The notes: generated by a model from the sequence alone, not told the origin. 64,000 nt of DNA from Eutreptiella sp. 'Long Island Sound 2002' (GCA_964036045.1 OZ038378.1:22320001-22384000); one strand, 5' to 3'. Numbered from the stretch's first letter, positions 34,610 through 48,532 are shown. Translations and numbers: made by a program.

Positions 34610-35151
34610 CTGTGGACCAAGACATGCAAATGCCCTGATGGTCTGTGTGCTGGTGCCCGTGTGTCCAGCGCCACAGAGCAGAGGTCGGCAGGTTGGTGCA
34701 AGCGCAAGCAGATCCAGCGGGCACAGCTGTGATGCATACACATATTTGTACATGAAAATCATGCAGCTTGGCAGGGCACGGGCGATGGCAACCGCAGTGG
34801 GGCTTGTGGGTTCTGCAGGTGTCGGCGGTGGAGTTTGGAGTGGGGTTTGGTGGTTGGTGTTAAAGCTCACAAGCTGCCCACAGGGAGCATGATGGCGGCC
34901 TTTCCAACACCGACTGGCCCAAAAAGCTCTGCATACCCGCGCACCGAGGCGACCAAAGGAGGAGGGGGATCAGACTTATCCACCTGCTTGGTGAGGGCCG
35001 GCCACGCAGTTGGTTCCGCAATGGTCCCCAATGCTGCACCTCGCATTTACTGACTCAGGTTTGTTGCAAGTTGGACGTAAGAGGGGGCTGAGAGATCCGT
35101 CCGGCTGTCCCTCCCCTGCTCACAGCTCATTGGAATCATGTGGCGCTAGGC

Positions 35152-35291
35152 CTCGGCGGCACTCTGCTCGGCCGAAAATTTTCGGCCGGCCGAATCGGCG
35201 GGCCGGCAGTGCGGCCGGCCAATTCGGCCCACCGAGAGTGCCGCCTGGCCGAAATGCCGGCCTGACTTCGGCCGAGCCGAAGTGCCGCCGA
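35152..35291. mobile_element. Small palindromic MITE rich in CGGCCG
   Basis: Left CTCGGCGGCACTCTGCTCGGCCGAA is nearly the reverse complement of right TTCGGCCGAGCCGAAGTGCCGCCGAAG. Confidence 0.7.
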
Positions 35292-35461
35292 AGGCTTGTG
35301 CTGGACGGTTCCAATTAGCCTCTGCTCACCCACACTTGTGCCATTCCCCCCCAAGGTCTCGTGGAGTAGAACAAGGGACTCGTCAACAAACACAACACGT
35401 CTCTAAACTTGGCTTCCAAATACACAGCCAAGAGGCCCATGTTGTGCACAAGTGTCCCTAC

Positions 35462-38400
35462 CTTCCTCCACATCCTCGCTACTCCAAGCTTCACAGTGCG
35501 CTCTTCGTCCTACCCGCCCCTCCTCCGAGCTGTGGAACAGGCACAAACAACATCTCGTGTTCACCACCAACCAAAACGCCTGTCAAGGGATTGCAGTTTG
35601 ACTTTGTGGTCCTGCAGCCCCGCTCGTGTGGGTCCAGAAAGTGATGCCTTGTCGTCTCTGGTGTTTGTGCGAAGCGCATACCACCAACAATCGTCTTGGG
35701 GGCAAATCAGGTGCAATATGACATGATACGCACCCACCGCAAGTGTGTCGCCCGCACATCCGGTATGCCCGAGGCAGTCGGAGTCTCCCCAGCCACACCA
35801 TCACTTCTGGGATTCCAAATGCCCCCTTTGTACAGCACGCATCACTCGATGGTTGCACGCCACTGGGGCCCAGCTCCCACAGTCCACACCCAACAGCCCA
35901 CGCATTTTGGTGTCCGCAATAGGGGGGGGGGGGTCGGACCTGGGGCATTCGGACGTAAGGGCCACGGACGGAAAGAGCCTGAAACCCCATTCGAACCCAA
36001 AGCACAACAATAGACAACCCCCGCAGGACAGCTACTGGGCGCCATCAACCAGAACACGAGACGGACTGAAGCAAGAGCGGCACAAGCCCCGAGATCAACT
36101 TGAGCTCACAGATATGACAAGGGACTGTTCCGGCACCGCTTAACAACATATGGAAGGGCGTACCAGGGGGAAGGCGCCCAACACAGTGGTAGAGCAGGGG
36201 GGGGAACATTATGCACGCACAGGCCTTGGATTATGCAATGCACAATTATGCACCATCATGCACAATTATGCACGATGCATTTCGACGAAGACACAAAGGG
36301 ATTGCAAACCAGAGGGATCCTGGGACTGCTAACCTTCTGTCGTTTGGCAGCAGGAGGGACACCAGGTTCTTCCTCATTTTCAGACGATGGAAGAATTTCA
36401 TCGTCTTGCAAAGCACATTCAGCAGTGGAAACATGTGCAGGTGCATTTTGATGGACAAAATTGTCCATGACAAACACAACAACGAACTGCATTGGACAGG
36501 AGTCAAGCAGACCATTATGCACCATTATGCACCATTATGCAAATTAGCCATATTGTGAATTATGCACAATTATGCACAACTACCCCCCCCCCCCTGGGTA
36601 GAGTGCATGCAGGATTACCGACATATCGGTGGAGCAGGGAGGGCCGGGGTGTTTTGTACCACCATGCCACAATGGCATCAAGTCCCTTCGCACCCATGCG
36701 CTTTCTACCACGCGGCCCGTGGACGAGGGAGTCGCGCGCACTGTGCGGACAGTGCTGTCTCTGCCTTTGCACTCCAGCTCATGTGGCTGGTCAAGAGTGC
36801 AGGGCAGACGGTTGAAGACGGATTTCCACCACCGGGACAAAGTCAACCATGGGGTGAAGGCGTGCTGAGTGATCCCCCAGGGGGGGGGGGGGAGGATTGA
36901 AGGTTCGGCGGGGTCACCCCTGGCACCCCCTCCTAATGGCCACTCAAGGAGGCGTGGCCGTCACACCGGGAAACCCCCTGCGGTTCATTGCCCCACAGGC
37001 ACAAATGAATGGTGACATGGCGGGAGTAGATGAGGATGACAAAGGAAGAGACAACCTCTGAAGACAAGAAAAAAACAACACTCCTGAACTGCCGGCATCA
37101 AGTGTCTTAAATTGGCCTTTTCTGTGGTGACCATTCCCACCCCCCCGCCACCGGATCGTGACCACTGGCGCCACTAAACCCCACACCATGAGCCCTAACC
37201 TCAAATCTATGTCCACAAAGCTGCCGAACGAGTCACAACCGCAGACACGCATGTGAACATACCCTCCGCCGGAGGTGTAACGCCCTGAAGGTCCCACGCA
37301 GTGACCACAGACGTATGGGGGGGTAAAAGAGGTTTGAACGCCTCCTGCCCAGCCAAACACGCCTTGATGGACACCACATCGACACCCTGAAGAGCAGCAC
37401 AAGGCAAGAGCTGCGGTGTGGGGGGCATTCGTCCGGCACACACATGCCTGCGGTGCAGCTGCACGCGCCTGCCCCCACATTCCCGGATCGCACGCTGGGA
37501 ACGAGGCAGGGTTTGGATGCCCATGAGGTGGGCCCACGCCAACGCCCGGCCCGTCACTGGGAACGGTTTCCCAGCAGCTCCACCAGACAAATTAATGGAC
37601 CAGCCGCGCCTGGAACGCTCCACTGGCCGGCACCATGAGGTCCTCCACCTGTGTCTGCCTCCTGTGCCTGGCAATGAAGCCCTCAGCGTGGCTCATCCAC
37701 AACAGCCAACCATGTTGGGGCGGTGGAAAACGGGTTTGCACGGAGACGGGGGATCCGTCCCAGCCCTCTAAAGGAGGGAGGCCCGGACAAGGGGCTTAAA
37801 TGTCCGAACTGTCCAAATGATCAGTGACAACGAGAGTGCTGGGAGAAAAACATGGGAAGGCCATGGGAGGCCCACCGGAAAGTGGGGATCGTTTGGGGCA
37901 GCGTATCCGAGAATTGGCGCGATCTGCGTGGTTGGCATGGGGCATCATCATTGTGCCACCTTCGCTGCGACGTATCACTTCCAAGTGTGCGCCAGATCTG
38001 TGTGGGGCCTCAGGGCCAAAGACCGGGAAACTGTCACCTCAGACACCAGATCAACCGATAGGAGCTCAGACCTGCCCATAAGAGAGCGCAGCGCACTTCG
38101 GGGAACAGGTACCCCTGAGACCCTTGCTCACCTGATGCCGTGGCAAACAGCACTCATACCGGAATGAAGTTCAACAGCCTTCCAGAGCTCTGCTTTGGGT
38201 TCAGAATCACTTCTGCGCTTGCCTGTGGGCGTTCCACAAACCTGGCGTCAGCCTGCAGTACATCCTGCACAGACAAACAGGTTTGTGCTGTCACTAGGCT
38301 GCGCAAACCCAAAGGCGTCGGTAGCCTTTGTGTCAGAGAGTCAGAGAGTGCATGAGGCAACTGATGTTGGTGCATCGGATACCTGCACTGCACTCAAAAA

Positions 38401-41400
38401 GTCGGCTGTGTCTATTATGCGCTTTCAGATACAACAACACAAGTCCCTTTTGGGCGACACATGTGATACAGGGGGGGGGGGGGGGGAACTTCGCCTGGGG
38501 ACAACTTCGACGGGGAAAAATTCGGCAGGGGAAAACTTCGTCAGACCTCCAATTTTGGTGCAGGGCCATCAGACAGCGGAGGGGAAATTTTCGTCAGGGG
38601 AAAATTTTGTCACACCCCCAACCCTTGGTTCATTATGGGCATGGGCATTAGAGTTGATTTTTTGTCCATGAGGACAGGGTCCATCCACTTAGGACTGTTG
38701 GGGTGAGTGATAGAATTGTAAGCGCCGAAATTGAGGGATCTCTTGCGATAGTCCTGTACGGCGTGACAGAGGATTGAGCACAGCAGCTCGTAAGCGCGAC
38801 TCTAAAGACCCAATCTTCAATTGAGGGTGCTCAGCCTTGCCTGAGGAAAAACCATGGGGTCGAGTTGGGCTGCACATGTCAGGCGAGGTAATCAAAACCA
38901 TTTCCCAAAGCACGTAAATGTGTGGGAGCCCAAGAAAATGAGCCACCTGCCCAGGGCTCTCTTGTCAGCCCTTTTCTGAGTAGCGTGATTCCCTAAGTAA
39001 TTGCAAGGTCATGTAGCCCCAGACAGCGGGCCGCTGTGAAGCAATTATCAAAGGAATCCCTGCACAATCTCAGTCAGAATGGCAGCCCTTTTTCTGGAGA
39101 AAGACGGATCAAACGGAAGGGCTGCCTACAGATTTAACACACACCTGGGGGTCAAATGGCAGCTCTTTTTGATCTGTTCCGTCTCTGGGAATCCCTGTCT
39201 GGACCACCATCCGCACAAGGCTTTTCCTTTCCTTGCTCTCTGGGAGTTTTGCCAGCGCTGTAGCCTCCACAGTGATCCCCACCGCCACCCGAGGCACAGG
39301 AGGGGAGTTGGGAGGGCCGTGAAGAAGTAGGCTTAGTGTATCAAGAGTTCAGCCCTCATGCAATAAAGCAGGGGTGAGGACCTTGATCGGCTTCCTGCCT
39401 CCATTACATCACAGGGTGCTGTGTGCTGCTGCGATTGCAATGCACAAACGTGCTAGATTGCAGGGAAAGCGACTGAGGTCACAACTGCAGCAGACATTTG
39501 TATAGTGCACTGTTACTCTGATGGCACAAATAATTGTCTCATCTCATTCATTTGTTCAGCAAAAAATTTGTTGATGCAACCAGCAGCACGACTGGCCATC
39601 CTGTCCCTAAGGACTCTGCGTTGACCATGAATTACTCGTTCCTGTAGACTGACGTCCTGGATTTGACCCTCATAATCACAACCACACTTTGTTCTTCACA
39701 TCCACACATCCGCAAGAACATTATGAAAAATGTTGCACAACCATTGCAACAAACAGCATACCTGAAGGGTTCCGTAATTCAACCAGTTCCATCTTCTTAA
39801 GGATTCTAACGACAGAATGAACATTGCCATTGAAGCTTCAGACATGCCTGTACCTCAACCGAAGGGAACCAGTAATCAATTTCAAACCGCCCATACCCAC
39901 CACCTGAAAACCTGAGGGGATCCCCAGGGAGTGTGTTTGTTTGACCAGTGTGTTTGTCCACGACCAAACTTCGCACAATAGTGCCCTAGAATGTTTCCCA
40001 AACCCAATATGCTCCAAGCGGCGTAAATATTTCGACAGGCAGCACAATACACTGCAATACTACTGCAATGTGAGCAGTGTCCTACAACTCTTAGCAAACA
40101 AAAGAGCTTTATCTTGCACCAGATTTACCTGCCACGACTGTCCCAAAGGGTTTCAGGACCACACCCAGCCCTTTGCATGGTGAGTTCGGATCGGTCGTTT
40201 TGAACATATTTTCAGCACGATGTAGGGAGGCCTTACCCAAATTCTTACCCGATGGAAGCCCGTGTTGTAGTAGTTTCGACTACGATAGGGCCAAGATGCA
40301 CTCATTAGATGAGCAAGGGGCGGGTTAAGAGGGGTGTGGGAGAGAGGGTGAGGATGGGAAACCCATCTAGGAGGTTGTCCTGATGTCCTACTTTCGCTTG
40401 GATGATCATTTATCTCTATGGTGCTGCCATCCCCCAGCCTGAGTTGGACCCCAATACTAATGTGGCCCTTTGTGTTGGGTGGGAGATCATCCAAGCGAAC
40501 CTGCAGTGAACTTGTTGAACAAAAAGCTACTGGTTGTCAGCCTCAGCACACAGTTCACTTTCCTTTGATACAGATTCACAGCATGCAACGATTTCTTGTT
40601 CCCAAGGCTCAGGTCCTGTCAGACCGGATACAGAGTGACTTGCATGCTGCTGTACAAGGGCTGAAAAAAGGATCTAAAAAGTGAACACCACACGACCCTG
40701 AACTGCAGCCATGTTTGAAATGCAAGCATCAAGCTGCATTATGGTACTGTACATCGTCTTTAAACAAGCTCCGCCGGTGGGGGTTACACAAGCATCCGCC
40801 GGTGGGGAGAAAAAAATGCAGATGGAGGGGTGGAATCAAATCCCATCTGTCATCCCAGCGGGGCGGATACAACCGGACGAAAAACCCCGCCACAGGGTGA
40901 GCGCCATTGCGTTTACAGCACCGTGCAGTGCCGAGGCAGCACCAGCGGCGCTCGCACAACTTCTTTTCCGGAAGCGCACCCCCTTCCACAACAGCAGTGA
41001 GGGCCGTAGTAGTCTCGTGTCCACAGGGTCGCAGTAGCAAAGGGGTGCAGGGACTGTCTCGGTCTCGGTCCCCTGTACCTGAGCCACCCATTTCTTGACA
41101 GAAAGGGAAAAGGGGTGCGCTTGGTGTGCCTCAGCACTGCCTGCTCACCGTCGGGGGCCCACAGTTTTGGATACCGGAGGGGTAACAATTAGGAACATGC
41201 GATGTTTGGAATGGCAAAATTTGGTGCAGGGAAAACTTGGCACCAATTCTTAAATTCCATAGCAAAATTTGCTACAAAATTCCCAGATTGTGGCAAAAAA
41301 CAAGCATACACTGCGGCTATTGGCTTCTTGATGCTTGCTGTTATTTCTTGGAGGCTTCTGAATGCCTGCTGTTCTTGCCTGATGGCTCCTGGATGCTGGC

Positions 41401-43651
41401 TGATATTTTCTGGAAACTTCTGGATGCTTGATATTATTTCCTGATACCTTCTGAATGGGGGTACCATCCTCTCGATGGCTGTCGTGGTACCGTTGAAATC
41501 CTGTTTCTCATGATCCTGGGATCTTGGGAGATTCCCAAAATGCTCTTGCAATCCATCCCCAATCGTTATCTACAGTGGCCAATTCTTTTTTGCTTTTGGT
41601 TCGATCTATTCTCTTCACGCAACTCCTTCCGCTTGAAAAAAAAATTTGGATGTGCGGATGGGGGTTTCTCATATCATTGCACCCTGTCGACCACGCACGG
41701 GCACTAGGAAGAGACAAGGAGGGACCATCGAAAGCAGACACGTACCTGCAGACACCCGCTCAAAGCCGAACGTTTTTGACGCCCCCTCATCGGACCAGAT
41801 GACCAGGTTGCCCGACCTGCAGAAGAGAGAGCAATCAAATTTGAAGGCATGCTAGTTGTGGGCAAGGTCACAATGCTGCCCCGGTCGTAGTGATTGAGCC
41901 ATACACACCGTGGTGCCCAACTCAAAATGCACCTAAACATCTTGATAGGATACGTATTCCATGCACATTGCGCTGGTAGCAAAAAATAGCGCAGAGTCTG
42001 GGTTTATATCCATGAGAGTTGGAGAATTTTGTTAAGGTTTGACGACATAAGATAGGCAGACAACACTTGCACTTGCCTCCGTGCGAACCGCAGCACAGGG
42101 GAAATAGTGCAATCGGGAACCTGAGACCTTCCGAACAGACACGTCCCATCAAATTTAAAGAGTTTGCAGAACAAGGTTTCATAAAATTTTTCTCAAAATT
42201 GATGCATTTCAATCACTAGCAAAAAGTATTCACTGAGACAATTTTACAGTGACCTGGAAAAGGGATCGAATTTGACGCCATAGCAGCAGGGGGCCAAATC
42301 CCCAATATGACAAATAGGAGCTTTCATCGGTACTACAACTCCCTTTGACCGGTGATGACCTTTGCATGTAGCGTCACTGCAAAAATGTAACCTGGTGAGG
42401 CCAGCATGAGCTTCCAGCAACAAGACATTGGGCACTGAGTGAAGCAAATTGATCAGGGGTTTCAAAACTGGACCACAGATCACGCCCCTAGCACCATACA
42501 GTACAACATCTGTCGCCGAATTCTCTTGGAAATTATGGACAAACCATCATGTGGAACAGAATGGCAAAAAATAGCATAAATTCTTGAATTCCGTGGCAAA
42601 TTTTGGTGTATTTTTGTTGTGCCAAATTTCGCCCATTCCAAATTTCGCCCATTCCTAATTGTCAGTCCCCCCCCCCCTAGGGATTCTCAGTGGGGTTCTG
42701 TGCCATGCCTAGGGCTCAACTTGCGCTTCGGGATCTGAGGATGGGGTGTATGGCTTTGCCACAACGCGGCATGACCCCCCAGAATGCCCCGCCTCAAGGC
42801 CTAACGATTCCCTAATACCGCACAGGCGGTCAGTGCTGCAGTGCCTCAGTGTGTCTCAGGGTTGGCCTGGGGCATGGGGTGGCAGGGCAGTCAGCCTGGA
42901 CCCGCTGCATAACAACAAACAACAGCACCATGGCCGTATACAACAGCGTGCAGCACTTGCACTCTGCTTGCAGCCGGACAAGGATGCACGCCGCTACATG
43001 GTATGCCACGGCCTGCCACCTCCACATCTCCAGAGAGACGCACCCACACCAAATGTCGGAGAGAAAAATGGTTCCAGAGTTGTGCACTACAGCCACGGAG
43101 CAACAACGACTGGAACACTGCAACCAGAGCAACGGGGTGCAAATACGCAGTTTCTCAGGGAGGATGGAGGAGGGCGCTGTCACTTGGAGTCCTAGCTGAC
43201 CCTCGCCGACCCAACCAACCACATTAGAACAGGTCTCCTGTTTGCCAAAGGGAACTTTGAGGCCAACTTTAGGCAAGCAAATGTTTCGGGTGTGAGACCC
43301 ACGCACCCAGCCCGTCAAGTCGGGGGTATGTTCATCACAAACCAATGGCGTTTGGTACACGAAGCAATGGCCTTGGACTGATGCCCAGCACGGAGGGGGC
43401 ACACCACGCACCGTTTTGCTTCCTCTGCCTTCTGTCGGTAGAAGTTCAGCATCGAACGGAACAGACCGGGCACATCGGAGCAGTATTGAGGGCTCCCCTT
43501 CTGCAACACGTACACCCGGCTGCTGTTGGGGACGATTGTGTACTTTGTGGCGCCTGTGCTCTGCCGTGACTCGTAGACCTGATTCAGATCAGCGGAGGCA
43601 GGTCTGGCTCGTCCATGGAGCTTGCTGTGTTCCCATGGTGTTGTCGTGTGT
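35462..43651 (-). CDS. Probable upstream exons of the TTL-like gene (some may belong to a separate gene)
   Basis: Open AG-GT-bounded segments: 43651-43412, 41816-41746, 40500-40249, ~39330-39145, 38801-~38616 (LMDKK), 38264-38160 (LLNFIP then GTATGA) and 35579-35462. The last three or four chain in phase into the 34609 exon; links further upstream are unresolved. Confidence 0.5.
36197..36594. mobile_element. G-run...C-run-bounded element with ATTATGCAC arrays at both ends
   Basis: Poly-G start and poly-C end; TTATGCAC repeats at 36208-36275 and 36513-36579; flanks GTGGTAGAGCA / TGGGTAGAGTG resemble an aged target-site duplication. Confidence 0.55.
37400..38140 (+). mobile_element. Decayed non-LTR retrotransposon post-RT zinc-binding region
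   Basis: Frameshifted KV/GDRL...ICVVGMGHHHCATF resembles the zinc knuckle at 13640. Confidence 0.4.
38470..38620. mobile_element. G-run...C-run-bounded short element with GGGGAAAAYTTCG internal repeats
   Basis: Five or so direct copies of GGGGAAAA(A/C)TT(C/T) between poly-G and CACACCCCC. Confidence 0.55.
41186..42662. repeat. Inverted repeat pair (MITE ends) 1.48 kb apart
   Basis: ACAATTAGGAA...TTTGGAATGGCAAAATTTGG at 41186 versus CCAAATTTCGCCCATTCCAAATTTCGCCCATTCCTAATTGT ending at 42662. Confidence 0.65.
41324..41457 (+). repeat. Degenerate 31-bp minisatellite, ~4.3 copies
   Basis: CTTCTGRATGCYTGCTGTT... recurs every 31 nt. Confidence 0.75.
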
Positions 43652-46600
43652 CTGGAGGTAAGTACCACTGGGTTCAGTGCACATGGAGGGAGTGAAGGAT
43701 CCACTGGAAACAACCCATAGTGCAGCCCTGGCGCCGGGGCTGGGGGGGGGGGGGGCAGAACCAGGCAAACCATATGATGAGACCCACTCCAAACCTAAAT
43801 CCACAGAGCACTCACGAAAACCACGACAACCAAAACCCAATCTTCTCAACTGTTGTGTGAGATTGTAGTACGCCTTGTCACAGATGTCACAAAAACATCT
43901 TGAATCAAGATCTCTGCTTTAGCCCGTAAAGAAGGGGCATTAGGGAATGGTTTCATATAGTGAGTGGTGCCTCAAGAAGATGTCCGGGGTGGGGTGGGGT
44001 GGTTCTCGAACTATGGCTTCTTTGTGTTTGATCGCTTTTTTGGGCTGGCAAGGAAAAGAGGTTGTGGCCTCTTGTGCCACTTTTTTGATGGGGGTCCGAA
44101 AAAGGGGGTAGTTTTCTACCCCAAATTACCTCAGCTACCTTTCCAAAAAGGGCATATTAGCACCCCACCCAGGCCTCTGTTGGCGGTAAGAGTGGGCGAG
44201 AACCCCAGTGGGCAAAGGAGTGGTGCATGGAGTGGTAATGCTTCACCCGCTGGTGGACCCCATGCTGTCATGGCACCTCCACCTTGCCTTTTCAATGCAA
44301 ACCCCAATGTGGAGAGGAAATCAGAACTGGCCACATAACGCCTACCATCTTGGGGGGGCACTTGTGGGCTACATCACCTAACTACATAACATTCCGTTCG
44401 GTGGTCCCCATTGTGGGCAGAAAATCAGAATTGGCTACATAATCCCTGCTGTCTTGGGGGGTAGACATCAATATGGCTACATAACCCTTGCATTCTCGGG
44501 GTCCCTGTAGTGGGGTACAGGCATCATGGCTGCTGAATTGGCGAAGATCGGCCTCTGAGAAAATGTTATCAACTGCAGCCACCATTGGTCAAACTTGTGC
44601 AAAATGGGAAAATTCACATTTTTGGGGGAGGTTTGAAAAAAGAGGTAGTTTGGCCAAAAGCTGCATCGCATTATGGACATCTGTGACCCCCCACCCTCCC
44701 CCTGAGGCGTCCTTTTACTTTGCTTATGGTGAACGGCTCCTTGGGCCCTTGGAGGCAAGTGACCACGTGATGGCTGGTCATCAAATGTTGATGACGTAAA
44801 GGCTCGACTCAAGCGATAGGGGGAGGTCCGCGCACCGCGCGCACCGCGCATCGCACCGCGTGCGCACCGCGCATGTTCTTTCCGTCATAGTCTCGAAAAG
44901 TTTCAGTGATTTTTCAGGTTGTCAAGGACGTGGTGGCCTAAGGGGTAAGCATACAACAACGGAGGCCTCCACTCCATCCTCCTCACCAATTGCATGGTGG
45001 TTGTAGCCGCCCACACCCCCTGACGGAGGGGGCCGTTGGTTGATGATGAAAGAAGAAGGATTTGCTCTCTAGCACGGCCCAACACCATTCCACAAAATAG
45101 TTGTATCAATTCATTTGTCTACTCCTCGTTGCGCCTTCGGATTTGCACGGTGTGGAGGCATCGAAGAAAATAGAACAAAAGAATGGGGAACACTTTCTGG
45201 AAGAGAAAACAGTGGCATGAAACAAGAAGCAACAATTACTACTTGGCACACATTGCAAATAATGCACACACACCCGCCCCCTCGCCCTACGTGCGCTTCC
45301 GCGGAAAACATTTGTGCCTCTGATTGTGGCTTGTGGCTTTCCCTACAGGGGAGGGGTTGAGGCACCCGTGGCTATTGTCCACCATCGCGACAGCCATCGC
45401 AACCTGGCTTGGCGCCCTATCCCGCAGCCACGGCAGACGGGCTCGCTGGAGGGGGGGTGCTACACGGCCGGTGAGGTGCTGAGAAAAAGCACAAGGGGGA
45501 ATTATGGGGAAAGAGTCAGCCGCACTACCCAAAAGACCGCGCACCGCGCGCCGTACCTCCCCCATAGGCTGGCGATGCACAGCCCCTTTAGACGCGCAAA
45601 CTTGGCCGGACAACCAATCTGTTGGCTCCTGGGCTACAAGAGCTCCTGGGCCTACGGGAGATGACCTCACCCCTAGGCAGTGCTCATGAAGAGCTATAGG
45701 ATCATGGAAAAAGAATGCGGTTGCAGCTTTGGGGCTGAGAGTGTCAAACTTTCAGCTTGGATGTATTACAGTACCCACATATACACACCAGAAAATTTTG
45801 AAATACACATGGGTACACACAACACATTTCTGAGACTCACACTGATACACACAGCAATTTTGAAGAACCTCTTGGCTTGAATATGGTAATGCCCCAACAA
45901 ATGGGGGCAAAATAAATCCTGGGATACACATTGGAAAAAATGTAGCAGAGCAAACAAAGTTTGTAGAACGCCATTTACACAACAAGTTGAAACCCTGACA
46001 CACACTTATACACGCTAATATGCAAAAAACATTTTTGCAATACACACTGATACACACTGCCAGAAATTGGAATACACTCGACACACAAATCTTAAAATCA
46101 GTGATACCCACTGACTGAAACTGGGGAGTGTTCCATAAAAGCTGCTTCATAATTGTGTTGTGGTGCCTTGTCAGTTGCGGGACCTCTGTCGCTTGTGGGA
46201 CCTGCTTGTGGCCAGTTGTGGGAGGGAGGGGTCGCGCCTAGGAGCCTGGCTGTGGACCTGGTGCCGCTACGGCCCCTCCCCCCTCAACTATCTGTGAAAA
46301 CCTAGGGTTGTGAGAAGGGGGTCTCCCCAGCTGCCCAAATTGAGAGGGGAGGCTATTCATCCTGGGGAGGAGGCACGGGTCAGGAGGTTGGGGGAGAAAT
46401 GAGATGGGTGGGGATGGGGGGTGGGGTGCTTGGCAGAGAGAGGTCTAAACTAGACGGTGTGACCACATGAGACCTCCACACTACAAAAGTCCCAATTAGT
46501 CTGAGCTAGGGTTCAGTTTCAGGTTAGAGTCACCGAGCTGGTGGAAGTAAGGCTTTATAACCCTCTCTAGGTTGGGGCTAACCCTTTTAGCAAGCAGGAG

Positions 46601-47705
46601 CAACAAGCAAGCAAGCACACGCAAAATGGGCAGAAATTAGAATTCCGAAGCAGTGGTTCAGATTTGGCTAAAATTGTGGAGGATGATACCTATGAGTATG
46701 AACTACAATCACACAAAGATTGAGCAAGAACCTCAACGGAGGCGGCCAGCAAGAATGGGCGTTGCCAGTGGCGGACCCTGGTGTCAGACTCTTTCAAATG
46801 GCCAAAAAATGCCATTTTTTCTCCGCTGGGGTGCCGAGCATATTTCTGGAGGGGCCATTTGCAATGAAAGCGATCTAGACGATGAACAAATGCCCGAGGG
46901 CTGTTGAGTGCAGTTTGGACAAAATTAATGGGCTCAATGATCCCTTTGGGGGTCAAAATACCGCAAAACCAGCCTTGCAAAGCAACTTTTTTGCATACAT
47001 TTTCAAGTTCCACCCGAAAAGGGGCAAAAAGGGGCCAAAAACACATGATTGTACCCTAAATGACCCTAGGTCATTCGGGACAATCAAACTGTTGGTGTTA
47101 AGCCATTTTGAGCTACCTTTGAGCCAATTTTCCCCTTATTGGACCCCTTGTCATGGGGGTGGCTGCTGGCTAGGACCTGACCCCGAGGGGTGTTCAACCG
47201 TTTCAGGGGTTCCAGAGCCCCCTCCCCGGCCCCTCCGTTGACCCAAGCCCAGGGGGTAGGCAGGTTGGGCAGTCAGCCACCAGGGTGCTGTGGGGGGGGG
47301 GGGGGGTGTCGGTGGGTAGCCCAACATGCATACCTCAAAATGATCTCCATGACGCTCTGATCATTTTGAACATACACAAATGGGGTAAAAAAATGTTCAA
47401 AAAATTTGCCCATAAACTTAGGCTCCCATCAGCCAAGGTCTAACGTTGGGGTCAAAAATTTTTTTTGTGTTTTTTGCCTATTTTTGAGTTCTCTACAAAA
47501 TTTTCATAGGGTAAAACAAAAAAACTCTATTGCCTTCGGCAAGGCACCTCAAAGAGAGGCTGACAGTCAACCAATCAGTCAGTTAGTCAGGCAAGCAGTC
47601 AGTCAGGCAGTCAGTTGGGCAAGCAGGCAAGCAGGCACACAGTTTGGCTTTTTTCAGTCGTGGACCACAGCGACAAACAGTGGGGAACCTCAAATCTATC
47701 AGAAC

Positions 47706-47780
47706 AGTTGGCGGTGAGTGGTAGAACACTTGCCGAATCACTCGCCTGTTGTCGGTTCCAATCCCGGCCGGTGGTCGCCA
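47706..47780 (+). mobile_element. tRNA-derived SINE head
   Basis: A-box-like TGGCGGTGAGTGGTAG and B box GGTTCCAATCC in a GTCGG/CCGGC stem; no complete cloverleaf. Confidence 0.4.
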
Positions 47781-48532
47781 GCCGGACCCGATCAACTCCT
47801 CAGCTCTGTTTTGCCCGAGCCTGGTTCAAATCCTTCTAAGCGCAAACTTTTGACCCCTCCCCAACCCCCCAACCCCCCATCACCCCTAAAATGTGGTATC
47901 CAGTTTCAGGGGGATAGAGGCCTCAAAATCAAAAAATCCATCAGGGGATCGTTTTGTCAGGCAAAATGATGATTTTACAAGGGGTTAGACATTCAACATC
48001 ATGCCTTGGGGTATGCTACGCGAACAACCCCGGCATCCGTGCCTGCGCTTGATCTAAGAACCTCTCTTCGAGGTGATTTCCCCCAGCTGTATGCCTAAAA
48101 AAAAAGGTGATTCTCCGGCACCCCGCAAAACCCATTGTTCTTTGTGGTCCGTAGAGCCCCCCCCCCCCCCCCCTGGGGGTCGGGGCCTGGCCGGCAGCCC
48201 CCCCCCCCCCCCCCCGTGTGCCCCTTTTACTAGTGTACCTGATGTTACCTCCCCACCAGCTCAGTGCCAATATTCAGTCTTGATTAGGCCTAGTGGACAG
48301 TTGGACAGTGTGCAGTGTGCACTCTGGGGTCTACGCACGACGGACACTCTGCATTAAGCTTCTGCACAATGAACACTGGACATATGGCAATTTGCACTTT
48401 GTAGACTACACATCGCGCCCTCTGTAAACTGCGGTGTCTTTGCACTGCACATTGCACATTCTGCAGCACCATGCAGTGCCACGCAAGAAATGGCGGTTAT
48501 GCCGTACATGTGCATCACAGAACTCTATGGTG

